64,000 nt of DNA. It comes from Octopus sinensis (lineage: Eukaryota). The translations under genes were made by a program, and so were the position numbers. Each line of letters begins with the position of its first letter. The stretch's first letter is position 1. The notes beneath the pieces were generated by a model. That model was not told where the DNA came from. It saw only the letters and a program-made list of their open reading frames with translations, and made no database searches. Where the stretch lies: positions 147,746,001 to 147,810,000 of the forward strand of contig NC_043000.1 of the NCBI RefSeq assembly GCF_006345805.1, in the 5' to 3' direction. Of this stretch, positions 1 to 12,180 are shown piece after piece.

Positions 1-939
1 GTGTTCACTACCTTACAAAAACTAAAACGTGCTAAAAAAAAAACTATAGCATATTCAGAATGCTATTTCAGAAAACTATCTTTGTTCTCTTTGAGTGGAC
101 AAAAGACAAATTTAGCTGGAGCAAAATGAGTAAGCCAAGATGAGGTAAATTTGCCTTTTCAATTCTCCAGAATTACATTTGAAAACAGACTCATACACAT
201 CAATATCCATCCTTAGACATCAGAAAGATCAGAAATGCAACAAAAATTTTAAATATTTAGGTCAAATGAAAGAGGATCATGGAAAAATGGTACATGATAT
301 GAAATTAAGAAAATGCAACTAAATCAGAAACTTGGCATAAATTATTCTCTATAGCTTCTTCATGATCTGTTGGAGTGCTTCTTTCCTGATATATTTATGC
401 ACCATGCAGTTAAAGAGAAATTATTGAAATTACTCATTACTCATTTTACCCCATTTTAGGTGTCAGTTTTTTGAAAATTGAAAATGATCAAATTAGACAT
501 TAGTGTGGAAAAAAATTGACTTGGAATCTAACAGAGAAAAGAATATTTATTGTTAAACACAAAAAAATATTCAGATATTTTATTAGCAACCTCAATTAGA
601 ATCAGGCCAAAGTTGGGGAAAATTTTCTTGCAAAAAAAAGTACCTGTCACTTGACTATGTTAAAAACTCTCTCAACTTCAACAACTACTATGCTGACCAG
701 TTTTGATTCGTAGAGATGATGCAACACATGCATCCGATAAGTAAGGAGAAAATAATGAGTTATCAGAAAGTACTCATTTTAACACAGTTACTAATTTTGC
801 GTCCCCCACCTCCATAATTCAGATAAAAAAAATCAAAAGTAAAAATGAAGATGTTTTGGCCTGGTGCATATTTTGAAAGAAAGAAAAAGAAATGGAAAAA
901 TTCATAAGAAATCTGAAAAAAAATTGTCAGAAAAATTTA

Positions 940-2280
940 GAGTTATAGGAGTGGGGACTTCTCTTCCTCCGTGTAACTCTGAGTCTCTTGGACGTCTGAA
1001 AGAGAAGCACCCACCAATACCCCCAGATAATCAACTAAACTGGCCCGATCCCCAGAATACTTGAGACCAGCCTTCACTTCTGATAAAATGAGAAAGGCGA
1101 TATCATCCTTCCCTGCTAGTTCAGGTGTGGGAATTGATGGTGGTATCTCTTTATCAGTGGGTGACACCGGACTTGAGCTCTTGGAAAAATTTGATGCAGC
1201 TTGTGAACCAGTTCTCTTCTGTGAACGTCCTACCCTCTATCTATCTACTATTCTTCGGTGCAAAATTATTTGGGTTCACTAAACCCAATGGAGACTTGTG
1301 CCCCGTTGCGGTTGGCTGCACCCTTTGCTGTCTCACTGCAAAGATGTGCTTACAATTGGTCTCTAGTTTATTGGAGGAGAAATTTTCCCCCACCCAGCTA
1401 GAAGTGGGCACCAAATTGGGATGTAAAGCTGCTGCTCACACTACCAGAGCTTATGCCAATTTACCCCCCTTGTCACCCAAGGTCATCCTCAAACTTGACC
1501 TTAAGAATACCTTCAAATCCATCAGCCACGATGCTGTCCTCAGCTCAGTAAGAGAGGTCCCACAACTATACCACTTTGCACGTCAGGCTTATCGGGAGGC
1601 CTACTATCTCTCTTTTGGTGACCATATCAGCACTCTGCCTCAGGAGTCCAACAGGGCAAACATCCCCTCCATCTTGGAACCATCGAGATTGTCCAGATAT
1701 GATGGGAAGAGACTTGACAGCCTCGATCTGTGCGCCTGGTTGCAAGGCAGATACCTTATTTGGGATGTCACAGTTGACGACTTCTTTGCTTCTTCTCACA
1801 TCCTGGATGCTGCGGTCAGGGCAAGATTCACAGCTTCTGTGACCGAGCAGAACAAAATTCTGAAATACCGCGATCTGTCGGCCAACTACATTTTCCATCC
1901 TGTGGCATTCAAGGTTTGGTGGGGGTCAGACCACTAGCTGCAAGATTCCTATCTTCACTGGCAATTCCCCTTGCAGAGACATCTGGTGAGGCTCGTGAGG
2001 GCGCTTGGCTGTTCTAGCGCATCAGCATCACCATCACCTGCAGCAACAATGCAAGCGTGCCTCAATAACTATTAAAGAGGTTTCTCAACGCCCCCCAACT
2101 TTTCAACCCAAGGTAGTGAATAGTTTTGATTTTTTTCCCCTTTCTTCTCTATTTTCTTTCTCTCTCTTTTTAATTCTTTAATTATGTTCACTGTTTTGTC
2201 CAATTTTATATTTTAATTTTGTAAAACGGTAAACACTGTGAAGGCAATAAAGTTTTATAGTTACCCTTTTAATGCTCTGC
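940..2280 (+). mobile_element. Internally deleted, frameshifted CRE-clade (R2 superclade, RT + restriction-like endonuclease) non-LTR retrotransposon
   Basis: Remnant frames read LKEKHPP, KAISSFPASSG, FFGAKLFGFTKPNGDLCPVAVG, LEVGTKLGCKAAAH, ILKLDLKNTFKSI (RT N-terminus) and GVQQG at 1643-1657. These are joined to IPSILEPSRLSRYDGKRLD...WDVTV...EQNKILKYRDL...FHPVAF (REL endonuclease, PD-(D/E)xK type), then QRISITITCSNNASV, a T-rich 3' UTR with AATAAA at 2246-2251, and (TA)n. Confidence 0.8.
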
Positions 2281-2340
2281 TATATATATATATATATAGA
2301 GAGAGAGAGCAGAGTTTGGAGTTATACTCCCTAATATTAT

Positions 2341-2375
<35 letters not shown>

Positions 2376-2384
2376 GGCTCAGAA

Positions 2385-2725
2385 GTGAAGGCGCATGGCT
2401 CAGTGGTTAGAGCGTCGAGCTTACGATCGTGAGGTTGTGAGCTCGAATCCCGGACCGGGCTGCGTGTTGTGTTCTCGAGCAAGACACTTTATTTCACGTT
2501 GTTCCAGTTCATTCAGCTGTAGAAATGAGTTGCGACGTCTCTGGTGCCAAGCTGTATCGACCTTTGTCTTTCCCTTGGATAACACTGGTGGCGTAGAGAG
2601 GGGAGGCTGGTATGCATGGGCGACTGCTGGTCTTCCATAAACAACCTTGCCCGGACTTGTGTCTAAGAGAGTAACTTTCTAGGTGCAATCCCATGGTCAT
2701 TCATGACCGAAGGGGGTCTTTACCC
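2385..2725 (+). mobile_element. tRNA-derived SINE, family A (other copies 18447-18778 +, 32041-32354 -)
   Basis: A box TGGCTCAGTGG and B box-like GCTCGAATCC, then a CORE-like segment (TTGAGCAAGACACTT...CAGCTGTAGAAATGAG). Three near-full copies in the window; the 32 kb copy has a 14-bp TSD TGGATTAGTTGACT (32019-32032 / 32355-32368). Confidence 0.85.
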
Positions 2726-3885
2726 ATACACATATACATAGCAGAGCATTAAAAGGATAACTAAAAAACTCTATTGCCTCCACAGTGTTTATATATATAT
2801 ATATATATATTTTTATTTGGCCGATTTTTTTCTCAGCGGAATGAGGGGGGGGGGTATTGACCACTTCCACATGGCGTATATATATATATATATATATATA
2901 TTTAAAAAAAAAAGAGAGAAAATAAGCCTCTGGAAATATTAAAATTAGTAAAATCGCCATCAACCTTCAGATATAATTTAATGACACTTAAAGGAGGATT
3001 TCAAACTGACCTAGCAATTTCAATGTACGAATTGAATAAAAGTGCATAACCGTTTGTTTCTTTCTAATAAAATTTCAGTTTAATCAAAGCATGCGTTATA
3101 TCTCGACAATGGGAATTTATCACAAAAGTAATATAAAACAAATTTAGTATGTGATTCAACTCCAAAATTAGGTGCCTGATAATAAACTAAAATTCAGGTT
3201 CATTTTATTCCCATGAGTTGATTCTAGATAGTCACACCGAGTAAAGATGATTATAAACGAGAAAAAGATAAATACCAAAATTGTAAATTCTTAGAAAAAA
3301 AAAACGAAGCTGTATTGTGAAGGACTTTCAAAAATATCATCGTATCGTAAGTTTTCAAGTAGAAACACGAAACCGGTTCTTAATGAAAGGTAAACAAGAC
3401 ACAATACCCAGAACGAAAGGTAGAAGCGGTCAATATGACCCCCACTCCACCCGACTTCGCTGGAAAAAAAAAGTCGGCTAAATAAATATATTGCAGGAAA
3501 GATATACACACATATATATATGTGTGTGCGTGCGGAATGGTTGTCCCGTTTTTATGTAAGTGAAAGAAAGGTGAAGTGTACTTTAAACTGCATAGAAACA
3601 CAAATTTGCGTAACTTCTCGTTACGTAACCTAATTCATAACAACAAATGACGAAAAAAAAATAGATTTAAACGAAAAAAATTACATTTACATTAAACTTA
3701 CCGAAACTATGCCAACTTTTAATTTAATTAATTTTTTGGGGTCCTGCAATCACTAATTATTTTCGTTATTATTATGAATGAATAAAAAAAAAAGTGTTGA
3801 TTCCAACTGCATTTAGATTTAACATCGTTGCTTTAAATTTCGTACATCCGTCTTCCCAAGTTTACCCCTTGTTCTTCTAAAGTAC

Positions 3886-3962
3886 CTGTGACTTGGGTCT
3901 GTAAGGGAGGGGTCAGCTAACGGTCTGCGGCCCGGAGAGCTAAAAATGAGGCCAGAGACCAT
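3886..3962 (-). CDS. Candidate first coding exon of an unidentified divergent gene (MVSGLIFSSPGRRPLADPSLTDPSH...)
   Basis: On the minus strand: acceptor gttgtttttttcaag, exon 3972-3886, in-frame TAG immediately before ATG (3962), 25 open codons plus 2 nt, donor AG|gtactt. Non-repetitive and relatively GC-rich. No homology recognised and no downstream exon found in the window. Confidence 0.3.
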
Positions 3963-4319
3963 CTACCAGGCTCTTGAAAAAAACAACCGTTATTCTAACT
4001 AAGCAAACTTCCTCAAACGTACGCTACACATCTAACACAGAACGCAACCTTGTTCCAGCTTGCCAAATTTCTCCTCTCGCCCTTGCCACTAACATGATTG
4101 TCAATCCATCTGACCATAAGCCCTAACATAAATTGGTCCTGTATTTATGTTACCTATACTAAGCACTATAATTTGTTACAAGCAAATTATAGCGCTAGGA
4201 ATATTATAAGGGTCAAAGATTTCAACAATCACATGAAGTTTACACACTAAAAAAAAAAAAAAAAAATTTTAGTTTTAAAAAGAAATCGTTATTGGTCAAT
4301 TTTAAATTGTTTGAAATGG

Positions 4320-5040
4320 TTTCCTTGAGGATTTGCATCAGGTTTCTTAAGAAGTGGATCCGGCTTCCGCACTTGACATTAACCAACCAAATATTTACCG
4401 GCTCCTCGAAATTTCGACAATAGATATATATTCCTAAAAAAATGCCCAGAAAAGAAGGCTAAATAATTATATTATTAACACCTAAAAATTATACGAATAA
4501 AACAAAAACCAACCTTCTTTTTCCCTTTTTCTTTGGGTCCACCAGATACTTTCGTCTGCTTCTTAACGTGACCTTCACTAATTCTTTAACTGAGCTAACA
4601 CACATAATAGTACGAAAATAATCTTATTTATTCTTTCTTTGCAACGCAAAAGTCACTTTCATGACCTACAAATTATCTTAGAAGTTAATATTTTAATGTC
4701 CACGAACTATTTCCCACTAGAAATTCACCAAAAACTTTATATCGCAAAAAATTGTAATTATAAAAACTAAACACGCATGCAAGCATGTATAGTTTACGAA
4801 AATATAAAGTAAAATTCTTGGTTTCGCCACTGATCTCATTTCCGGGAAACGTGACATCAGAGTGAGAGGGTGATCAGCTGACAAGTCTAAGTCTACCGAG
4901 TCTAGCAGCAGTCCTTGTTTATAAATCGCGTCACAAACTGCGATCGTGTCATAGCAGCAGGTGCTGGCTGTGTGTGTGCACTCCGTCCCCCAGTGCAGAC
5001 GACGAGTCAACTAGTGTTTAACATTAAACTAGCAAAGCCT
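4320..5040. promoter_or_regulatory. Candidate (bidirectional) promoter region
   Basis: Repeat-free, relatively CpG-rich stretch between the candidate - strand exon and the + strand STK11IP locus. Motifs: octamer ATTTGCAT (4331-4338), ETS-like CGGAAG on - strand (4364-4369), GAS/STAT-like TTCCGGGAA (4840-4848) directly followed by ACGTGACATCA. Motif matches only. Confidence 0.35.
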
Positions 5041-5459
5041 ACTTCTAGATATTTACCTGCTGCATTCCAGCTTATTTGTTTACTTTGCACAAGCATAATT
5101 ATTATTATTATTATTATTATTACTACACCAAATGAAAAACAAAATAATTAGCAAACCGGTGACCGTATCTAATTGTTTTTCATGATTATCATCAAGTTTT
5201 TTGTTCTTTGTAACTTAATAATTCACGTTCCTAATGTTCCTAATGTTTTTCATCACATAAATTAACATGCATTTACCTGCATGTGCACGCATGCATATAT
5301 AAACATACATATATCTAAAAAAAAATTCATATTCATATATAAACATACATATACATATATAAATAGCAACATTAGCTATCCAGAGACTATCTTCGTCATC
5401 GTTATTATTATTATTAATGTTGTAGTTTGCATTGTCAGTGTTACCTTTAAAGCATGCGT

Positions 5460-5673
5460 TTGAAACTCCACAAGTTAGTACTGATTAACCCCTTTTACAT
5501 GAAGTTATCTCCGAACAAGAAGCTTGCTTTTCGTCCTCTCATCTCCAATAACGCTGCCTCGTGACAACATTGATCGAATGCTAAACTGATTCAGACTGGA
5601 TTGAATAATATGATATAATATGAATATTACATCAATAATGCACAGGATATTACTTTGAAGAAATTATTGTGAG
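5460..5673 (+). other. Candidate non-coding 5' UTR exon of STK11IP (5' boundary unknown)
   Basis: Strong donor GAG|gtaaga at 5673/5674 in non-repetitive DNA. The exon at 25020 needs an upstream exon. Splicing here places an in-frame TGA upstream of ATG 25047, consistent with a UTR. Confidence 0.3.
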
Positions 5674-6136
5674 GTAAGACTTTAAGCAAATAATGTTTTC
5701 TCTTCTCAACATTCGACGATGCTTTCCTTCTATAACCCCTATTCACATCTAGGACGCATTATAGTAATATTTAATCGGCCCTCTTTCTTTATTTTCGCAA
5801 CCCTGTAAAGGATGAACAGAAAAGTTCCCTCGGCAGGATTTGAACTAAATATCGCCAAGGTATATATTTTGCCCGACACGTTAACAATTCTTTATTTCAC
5901 CACTTTCGTTATTTTTCGAGGTCAACTTTACATTTTATTTTATTTTTATGGGGGTCGATAAAATTGTTACTTGTTAAGTACTGAGACCGATGTAGTTAAC
6001 CGCACCCTTTCTCCCAAAAGGTTTAGTCTTGTCTACAAATAATTGTTTGTTAATACTATTATTGTTTTAATTATAAGCACAAGGCCACACATAATCTTTC
6101 AGTGTCATACACGCACTCTCTCTTTGTCTCACTCTG

Positions 6137-6167
<31 letters not shown>

Positions 6168-6612
6168 CATACATATATACATACACACATATCTATCTAT
6201 ATCTATATATATATATATGTGTGTATATATATATATGTATATATTTATCCCGTTGGTATCTCTTTGTCTCTCGATCGTCCGATGGTTTCAGAGAATGCTA
6301 TATATAACAATTGTTAGGTTTCTCCCAGGTATCTCTGGTATTTGTTTATGTATGATAATTTATTTAGAGTTATGCCGTTTATCTCATAAACGATTTACTA
6401 TAGTAACAGCACAAAGTCGATGAAAAATTTAAACCTTGATTTATCAATAAACATTGCTTTTACTGAGTGAGGACAATTTTAGTTACATAACTTAGTCGTG
6501 GTGGTGGTCGTCGCCCACCACCCTGTTACGTTGTTTGTTTATTCAGTGTTAGCTCTGAAGTATTGTTCAACTGTCTATAATACATGTGCGAAAACAACTT
6601 ACTGTGTTGCAA

Positions 6613-6669
<57 letters not shown>

Positions 6670-6824
6670 TAATAAAGGGTGAAATTAATTAATTTAGAAA
6701 TAATCATTAATTTCACCAAGTAGAGCTCGGAATGTAAAAGCCCCATTCAAGGAAGGTTTAAGTAATACTAAGTAATTAAGGGTTTAGCAACGATGGTGAG
6801 GCAAATCGTTGCTAAACCCTTAAT

Positions 6825-6861
<37 letters not shown>

Positions 6862-7769
6862 CACGTTTAATATGTAGTTACGTCTATGATATTATCTATT
6901 CATCTGATTAGAAATGACTCGTATTTTCAATTAAAATATGAGGGGCTGACACACACCTGCTATGTGTCATGTATATATGTGTATTTTAATATATGCTTAT
7001 ATATCCAATAAGAAAATTTATCGAGTGCTTTAATTACGTTAGGAAAAAACATTCGGGTGGGATTTACACTGTTTAATGACACCCCAACTTTTTGCCATGA
7101 ACATTCTCCTCCACCTCCTTCCTCTGTCTCATCTTTTAAGTGATATGATAATATTACTTAAAGGAATGAGTCATGTGTTATACAACACGATAGAAGATAA
7201 TAACACGGGACATTTCGAAAGGTCAGGAACACAACCCAATAAATGCCTTCACTTATAAACACTCCCTTCGATAAGCTTCACTAGAAGCAGCGAAGGGATG
7301 GTATTGCCAACTTCTATCTGAAACCACTGGCATAGGTAACGAAATTTCCTTCAAATCACCCTGTCATCTTAGAAAAGAAATACACGTTAGATAATATTGT
7401 CCTGGGTACATTGTACCTTGAAAAGAAAAGGGGATGGTCACGGATGGATTACTTTTAATCGAACGTTTGCTCAATCAAGGCTGACTTGAGAGCCAAACAT
7501 ACCTACTCCCACTGTTAGAGCATACTTTTTACCAGTTCATTTAAAGTGTTTATTTCTCGCTTCACTTTTTTTATACTCTAATAATTTAAGTAGGTTTGTC
7601 TAATCTCCCCCACTTTGTAAGAACGTGTCAATTTACCACCAGAAAAGATCAACATTTATTTAGTAAATTCCTTTATATTTTTCGTGTGTGTGAATGTGCA
7701 GCAGTTTGTTTTGTAGTGGTTGTTATCAGACTTAAGTTGTTCTAGTTATGACAACACATTTGCCTTTTT

Positions 7770-8181
7770 GGCAATCTTTCGTCTCTAGTAGACCTTTCCG
7801 TCGATTTCCGTAAAAAAATTTTTTTTTTTACATATGGGCTTGCGGGAACTTTTGAAGTAATATACATACATATACACATACACCGAGTAAAAAATTTCAG
7901 TTATCTCTTTCTTTCACACATTACTCTGTCTCTTCACACACACTAACAGAAGCACTTCACTTACACAACATACTGTCTGTCTCCCACACCCCATCAAACA
8001 CACACATGTACATCAATGCTTGCCATGCACGGTAACTTCAAAAGAACTTCCCTCGTCATACAATCGCTTTCTCTTAGTCTCTTTCGCTCTCATTACTTCA
8101 AAAGTTCCCGCAAGCCCATATGTAAAAAAAAAATTTTTTACGGAAATCGACGGAAAGGTCTACTAGAGACGAAAGATTGCC
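7770..8181. mobile_element. MITE with ~90-bp terminal inverted repeats
   Basis: GGCAATCTTTCGTCTCTAGTAGACCTTTCCGTCGATTTCCGTAAAAAA...GAAGTAAT at 7770-7861 is mirrored in reverse complement at about 8091-8181. No clear TSD, so the superfamily is unassigned. Confidence 0.8.
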
Positions 8182-9789
8182 CATTTTTTTTTCGCAATGT
8201 AAATAAAACTATTATTCATTGTTATCCCATTTATTTTTTAAAAGACAGAAAAATACGGTTTGTAGGTAGATTTAGCTGCTGTTTCTAGGAGGTCATACAA
8301 CAAAGTTGAGGCTCCCGCGTTGGCTCGTATTTGTTTGGTTTGAGACGGTTGCAATATCCGACAAATCTCTGTATCTTATACACTGTAGCTAAACAAAGGT
8401 TTGGAATGAACTAATAGCTCTATTCTTGCCAGTTCTGTTATTCAAACGAATTCAGAAACCCACTATTCGGTGTGAATGAAGCAAAACCCTTTCCTTGTTG
8501 GTATTTGAATCCAGGATGACAGAACAGTTACATTTAGTTAGTGCCAGATTTGAGCATAAGCTACAGTTTAGGGCCTCACAATTTGCGAGGCTCTCAAAAT
8601 AGTTAAAAGACATGGTTTTTGCATTTCGTGATGCCTAGTGTATTTTTTAACAAGGGGCCTCCAAGCATTGCATTGCATTGCACCTCGTCCCCTGCCTAAC
8701 GCCGAGATCATCACCCTACCGTTTCTGTCACTGCTCCAACAATAATAATGGTTTTTAACTTTGTCACAAGCCTTACACATGTTTGGAGGAAGGGTAAAAT
8801 TGATCTATTTGTTTCTAATATTCTAGTATCAAAGTAGGATTTGAGTTCTGAGACTAGATGTACTGAATAAAATACCGTATTACATTTAGTTTCTGTCTGC
8901 CATGTGGCGGTTTAGCATTTTCTAATCTCGTTGAGAGAAATACCACAATTCTGACCCCTATTTCTCTCTCTCTCTCTCTTAGTGGTGGTAGTAGTAATTT
9001 ATCCTCAAACTGGCCCTTAACGAACAAACTTGTCGATCAAAGGCATTGCAACAGTGATCACCTTGCCTTTATTTCGGGTGTAGTGTACCTATACCAATGT
9101 CCCTTTTTGGGACGGTGCTTCGTAATTTGAAGCGGATTTGACTGCTATTTCATGCATGTTTAGTGACCTTATATAGCCTCCTCCTTTGACTGGGCTGTGA
9201 TAGTTTATCTCAAATGACATCGTGGTTTTGGTATCTAATGGTCAATTCAACGTGACAAGAAATATTTTCATTGCTGATGTCGGTGTTTTACTTAGTTGAC
9301 AAACGATAAATGTGTCAAAGGAAGTGATCAGAAATCATGATTGTGGTTGTTGTTGCAGAGATGTCGCTGAGTGTGGCTATACTCAAAGGTGTTCTGGCTA
9401 TCATTATACCCACTTTCTCTCCCGACATGGTTTATCTAAGGTTACATATTCCAGTGTCTCCCTCACAGCCCACATTAATTGGATGTGATTTGAGGAAGAT
9501 TAGGCTAGTTTTTGTAACAACTCGAGGCGCCACATAGAGGACCCATCCCGTGTTCGCAATTATTCTGATAGCTGTACCATCAAACCTCTACTGTATCAAC
9601 CATCATTATATTCTTCTTGTCTGCATTTTTTTCCAGTTTTCACCATACATTTGCATTCCTGAAGAGCTATAGTCTCCATTTTTAAGTAGGATATGTAGCT
9701 TGAAGTTTTGAGGAATTATAAATGGGTTGCTATGACGTTGGGTAGCTTTGTCAATGTAATGAATTAGCTATGTAGGAATTGTGGTCGTA

Positions 9790-10520
9790 ACTGCTAGTAG
9801 GTGAAACAGGCCCACATACTAAACTTTGACTAAAGCTTGGTTCTGACTTTCGAATGAGTAATCACTGAGGCCAAGTTATGAGGAAGTCTCGTCAAGAAAT
9901 GTGTTGAGAAGAAGCTTTCCCTGTAAGGCTGGACAAAGGTGGTGAACGTTTTACATCGTCTCCATGATCTTTTAGTGTCGTCGGAGCTAGTCCACTTGTA
10001 TCTCAGTATCCCATAGATAGTGGTGCGCTGAAGCTGCGGAATCTAGATATTCTGAGAGGTGAGCAGTTGTGGTTTGTTAGATACGTTTTCCCACAATTCA
10101 TCTCTGACAGAGCTGCAATTCAGTGACAAGCGTAGATAAACATCTGGATCTGGAATGTCGCCGGGTTCTCACATTCTTCAATATTAATCTTGCATCTTAT
10201 AAAAGGCTCTTAGTGAAAAATGAATGGCGATTTTCTGGGTAATGTTCGGGGTATGTACGAAAACCAACATAGCAGTGTCATCTGGATAACTTTCGAATTT
10301 GGGATTATCGATAAATTTCAAATGTCCTTGGCATGGTTAACGCCGGTTCTACTGTGGCGTAGCTAAAGTGAGCACCGCCCGGGATAGCCCTTGGATTTGC
10401 CGTCCTGCTCCATACAGTCTTATATAGCAGACCCCAAAGTGCTGCTCCCATGGCTAGCGTCACCCGGAGCGATGTACAAGAGAGACGAATGGAGTGAAAT
10501 GTCAGATGATTCCCCTTCTT
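9790..10520 (+). mobile_element. Highly decayed RTE-type LINE 3' fragment
   Basis: Remnant peptides GRPAPY and GAMYKRDEW resemble RTE C-terminal motifs (GRPARTY...AMNDREKW); many stops and frameshifts. Confidence 0.35.
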
Positions 10521-11999
10521 CCGATGGTATTATGAAGTTTTCCAAATTCACGAATTGTGTTAATGTCTGTGTGTGTTTTGTGCAAGCGTTTGTGTGTCCC
10601 CACCCCGCCACTGCTTGAAAACCGGTGTTGGTTTGTTTGGTTCGCGTAATTTAGTTGTTCGCCTAAAGAAACCGATAGAATAAGTGCCAGACTTTAAGTA
10701 CCGGGATCGACTTGTTCGACTAACCCTATAAGGTGACGCTCCAGCATGACTGTAGTCCAATGGCTAATATATTTATATATAATTGGTACCCCGGCATGGC
10801 TGAAATATACTCACAAAGCATTCCTATAGAGTCGGAAATTATCCTATACATCAGAATCCATTTCTTTGGATATATATGTTTTAAGCATCATCTCATTTCT
10901 GGTGGGGGAGCATCCGCAGTCCTTTTACTTTTTACTATATTTGGAAAGATTTTTTTTTTTCAGGTTTATGTTATGCATATTTTAAAACTCAATCTCAGAT
11001 GTTTAACACATAAATCTGAGGAAATTATCAAAAGGTGTTCAAAACTAAAAAGAATTATGGAAAAAGGGGGTCACTGTTTCTGCTGAATCGTAGTCTACGA
11101 TTCCCAAAACATACACATCCTAAGAAATTACTGCTTTTGATGCAGTAGACAATTCCATTGGAACACACACACGTACGTAAATTTGTGTGTGTATTTCTGT
11201 GTGAGGTTTTCTCCTTTCATTTGCATGTGATCCGGCCACACATTCATAGGAAGACTTTAGAGTCAAACGATTCGCGTTCAGTCCTTTCTTAAAACATAAT
11301 ATATTGAGTCTGGATGTATGAAAAGTTAAGACAGAGGAGCAAAGCGATATAATACTATTGGTATTTACTTTGTGAGCTTCTTAAGGTTTCGTTACCTTCA
11401 AGTTTTACCTTTTGATATTTCTAGTTAATATATACTTTACTAGTCATAGTGTTTACCATGATGAAAAATAACTATATCTTTTTATGAACTAATACCCTTC
11501 AAGGCAGTGTCCCAGCAAATGACTGAAACAAGATAAAAGATAGGAATAAATGTTTGTTTTAAAATACAAGCAGCCTAACGACGAAACCTTTATGAAGTCG
11601 CTGAATCTGTTAGAAATATCAGCAAAATATCCCTCGAATCACGCACCCTAACTGTCTTAAATAAGGAAGTGCACGCTACACTCCGCTTAAATAAATGACG
11701 GGCTTTTGATAGTCACTGTTAGAACGCCTTTGGTGTATGTGTGTGAGAGAGAGAGAGATGAATGTGGATGCTGCAATTTTGGATCAAGGGAGAAAATTAT
11801 GAATTCAGTGACTTGGACATTCATAGCAAGAATGCTTATTATGGACTACGTGGTCCATAATGAGCTAGAAAAACAGTCAATTATCCGTTGCAGTTGTGAG
11901 TGATGGTGGCTAACAGTTGGATCCTAATTCCCGTAACAGTGGTTACGACTATCACTCTATTATAAACATCACTATTCAGCTCCAATTGCATATATTATT

Positions 12000-12180
12000 G
12001 TTTAGCCCCAGGTCTGCCTTGATCGAGCACGTCTATTAACAAAGGCGGTCTACCGCGACTACAACGTTTTTTTTTATTTTTAGGAATATCTAGATCTACA
12101 ATCAAATGTCTTTTTTTTTCAGGCAGTAGGGGTAGTGGTGGTGTTGAGAAAGAATTGGCTGCTATTTCTAGCAAATTGAT
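12000..12180 (+). mobile_element. Old SINE-like family E (similar decayed copies ~7300-7500, 9040-9190, 18270-18430, 45830-45970, 49245-49370)
   Basis: Recurrent diverged motif TTAGCCCCAGGTC..CCTGATC...CAAAGGC...GGCTGCTATTTCTAGCA in both orientations. Confidence 0.5.

Noticed and set aside
640-865. Minus-strand exon for the divergent gene (acceptor near 860, donor near 643)
   Set aside because: All three frames contain stops, and splicing from the 3886 donor terminates after a few codons; no support as a coding exon.
1125-1937. 270-aa ORF as a functional novel protein
   Set aside because: Chimera of a retrotransposon RT N-terminus and REL endonuclease produced by deletion and frameshift; catalytic RT motifs are missing and neighbouring frames are broken.
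2385-2460. tRNA gene (and similar heads at 18447, 32290-32354, 38975, 35790)
   Set aside because: A/B boxes continue directly into SINE bodies with TSDs; there is no complete cloverleaf with acceptor stem or terminator.
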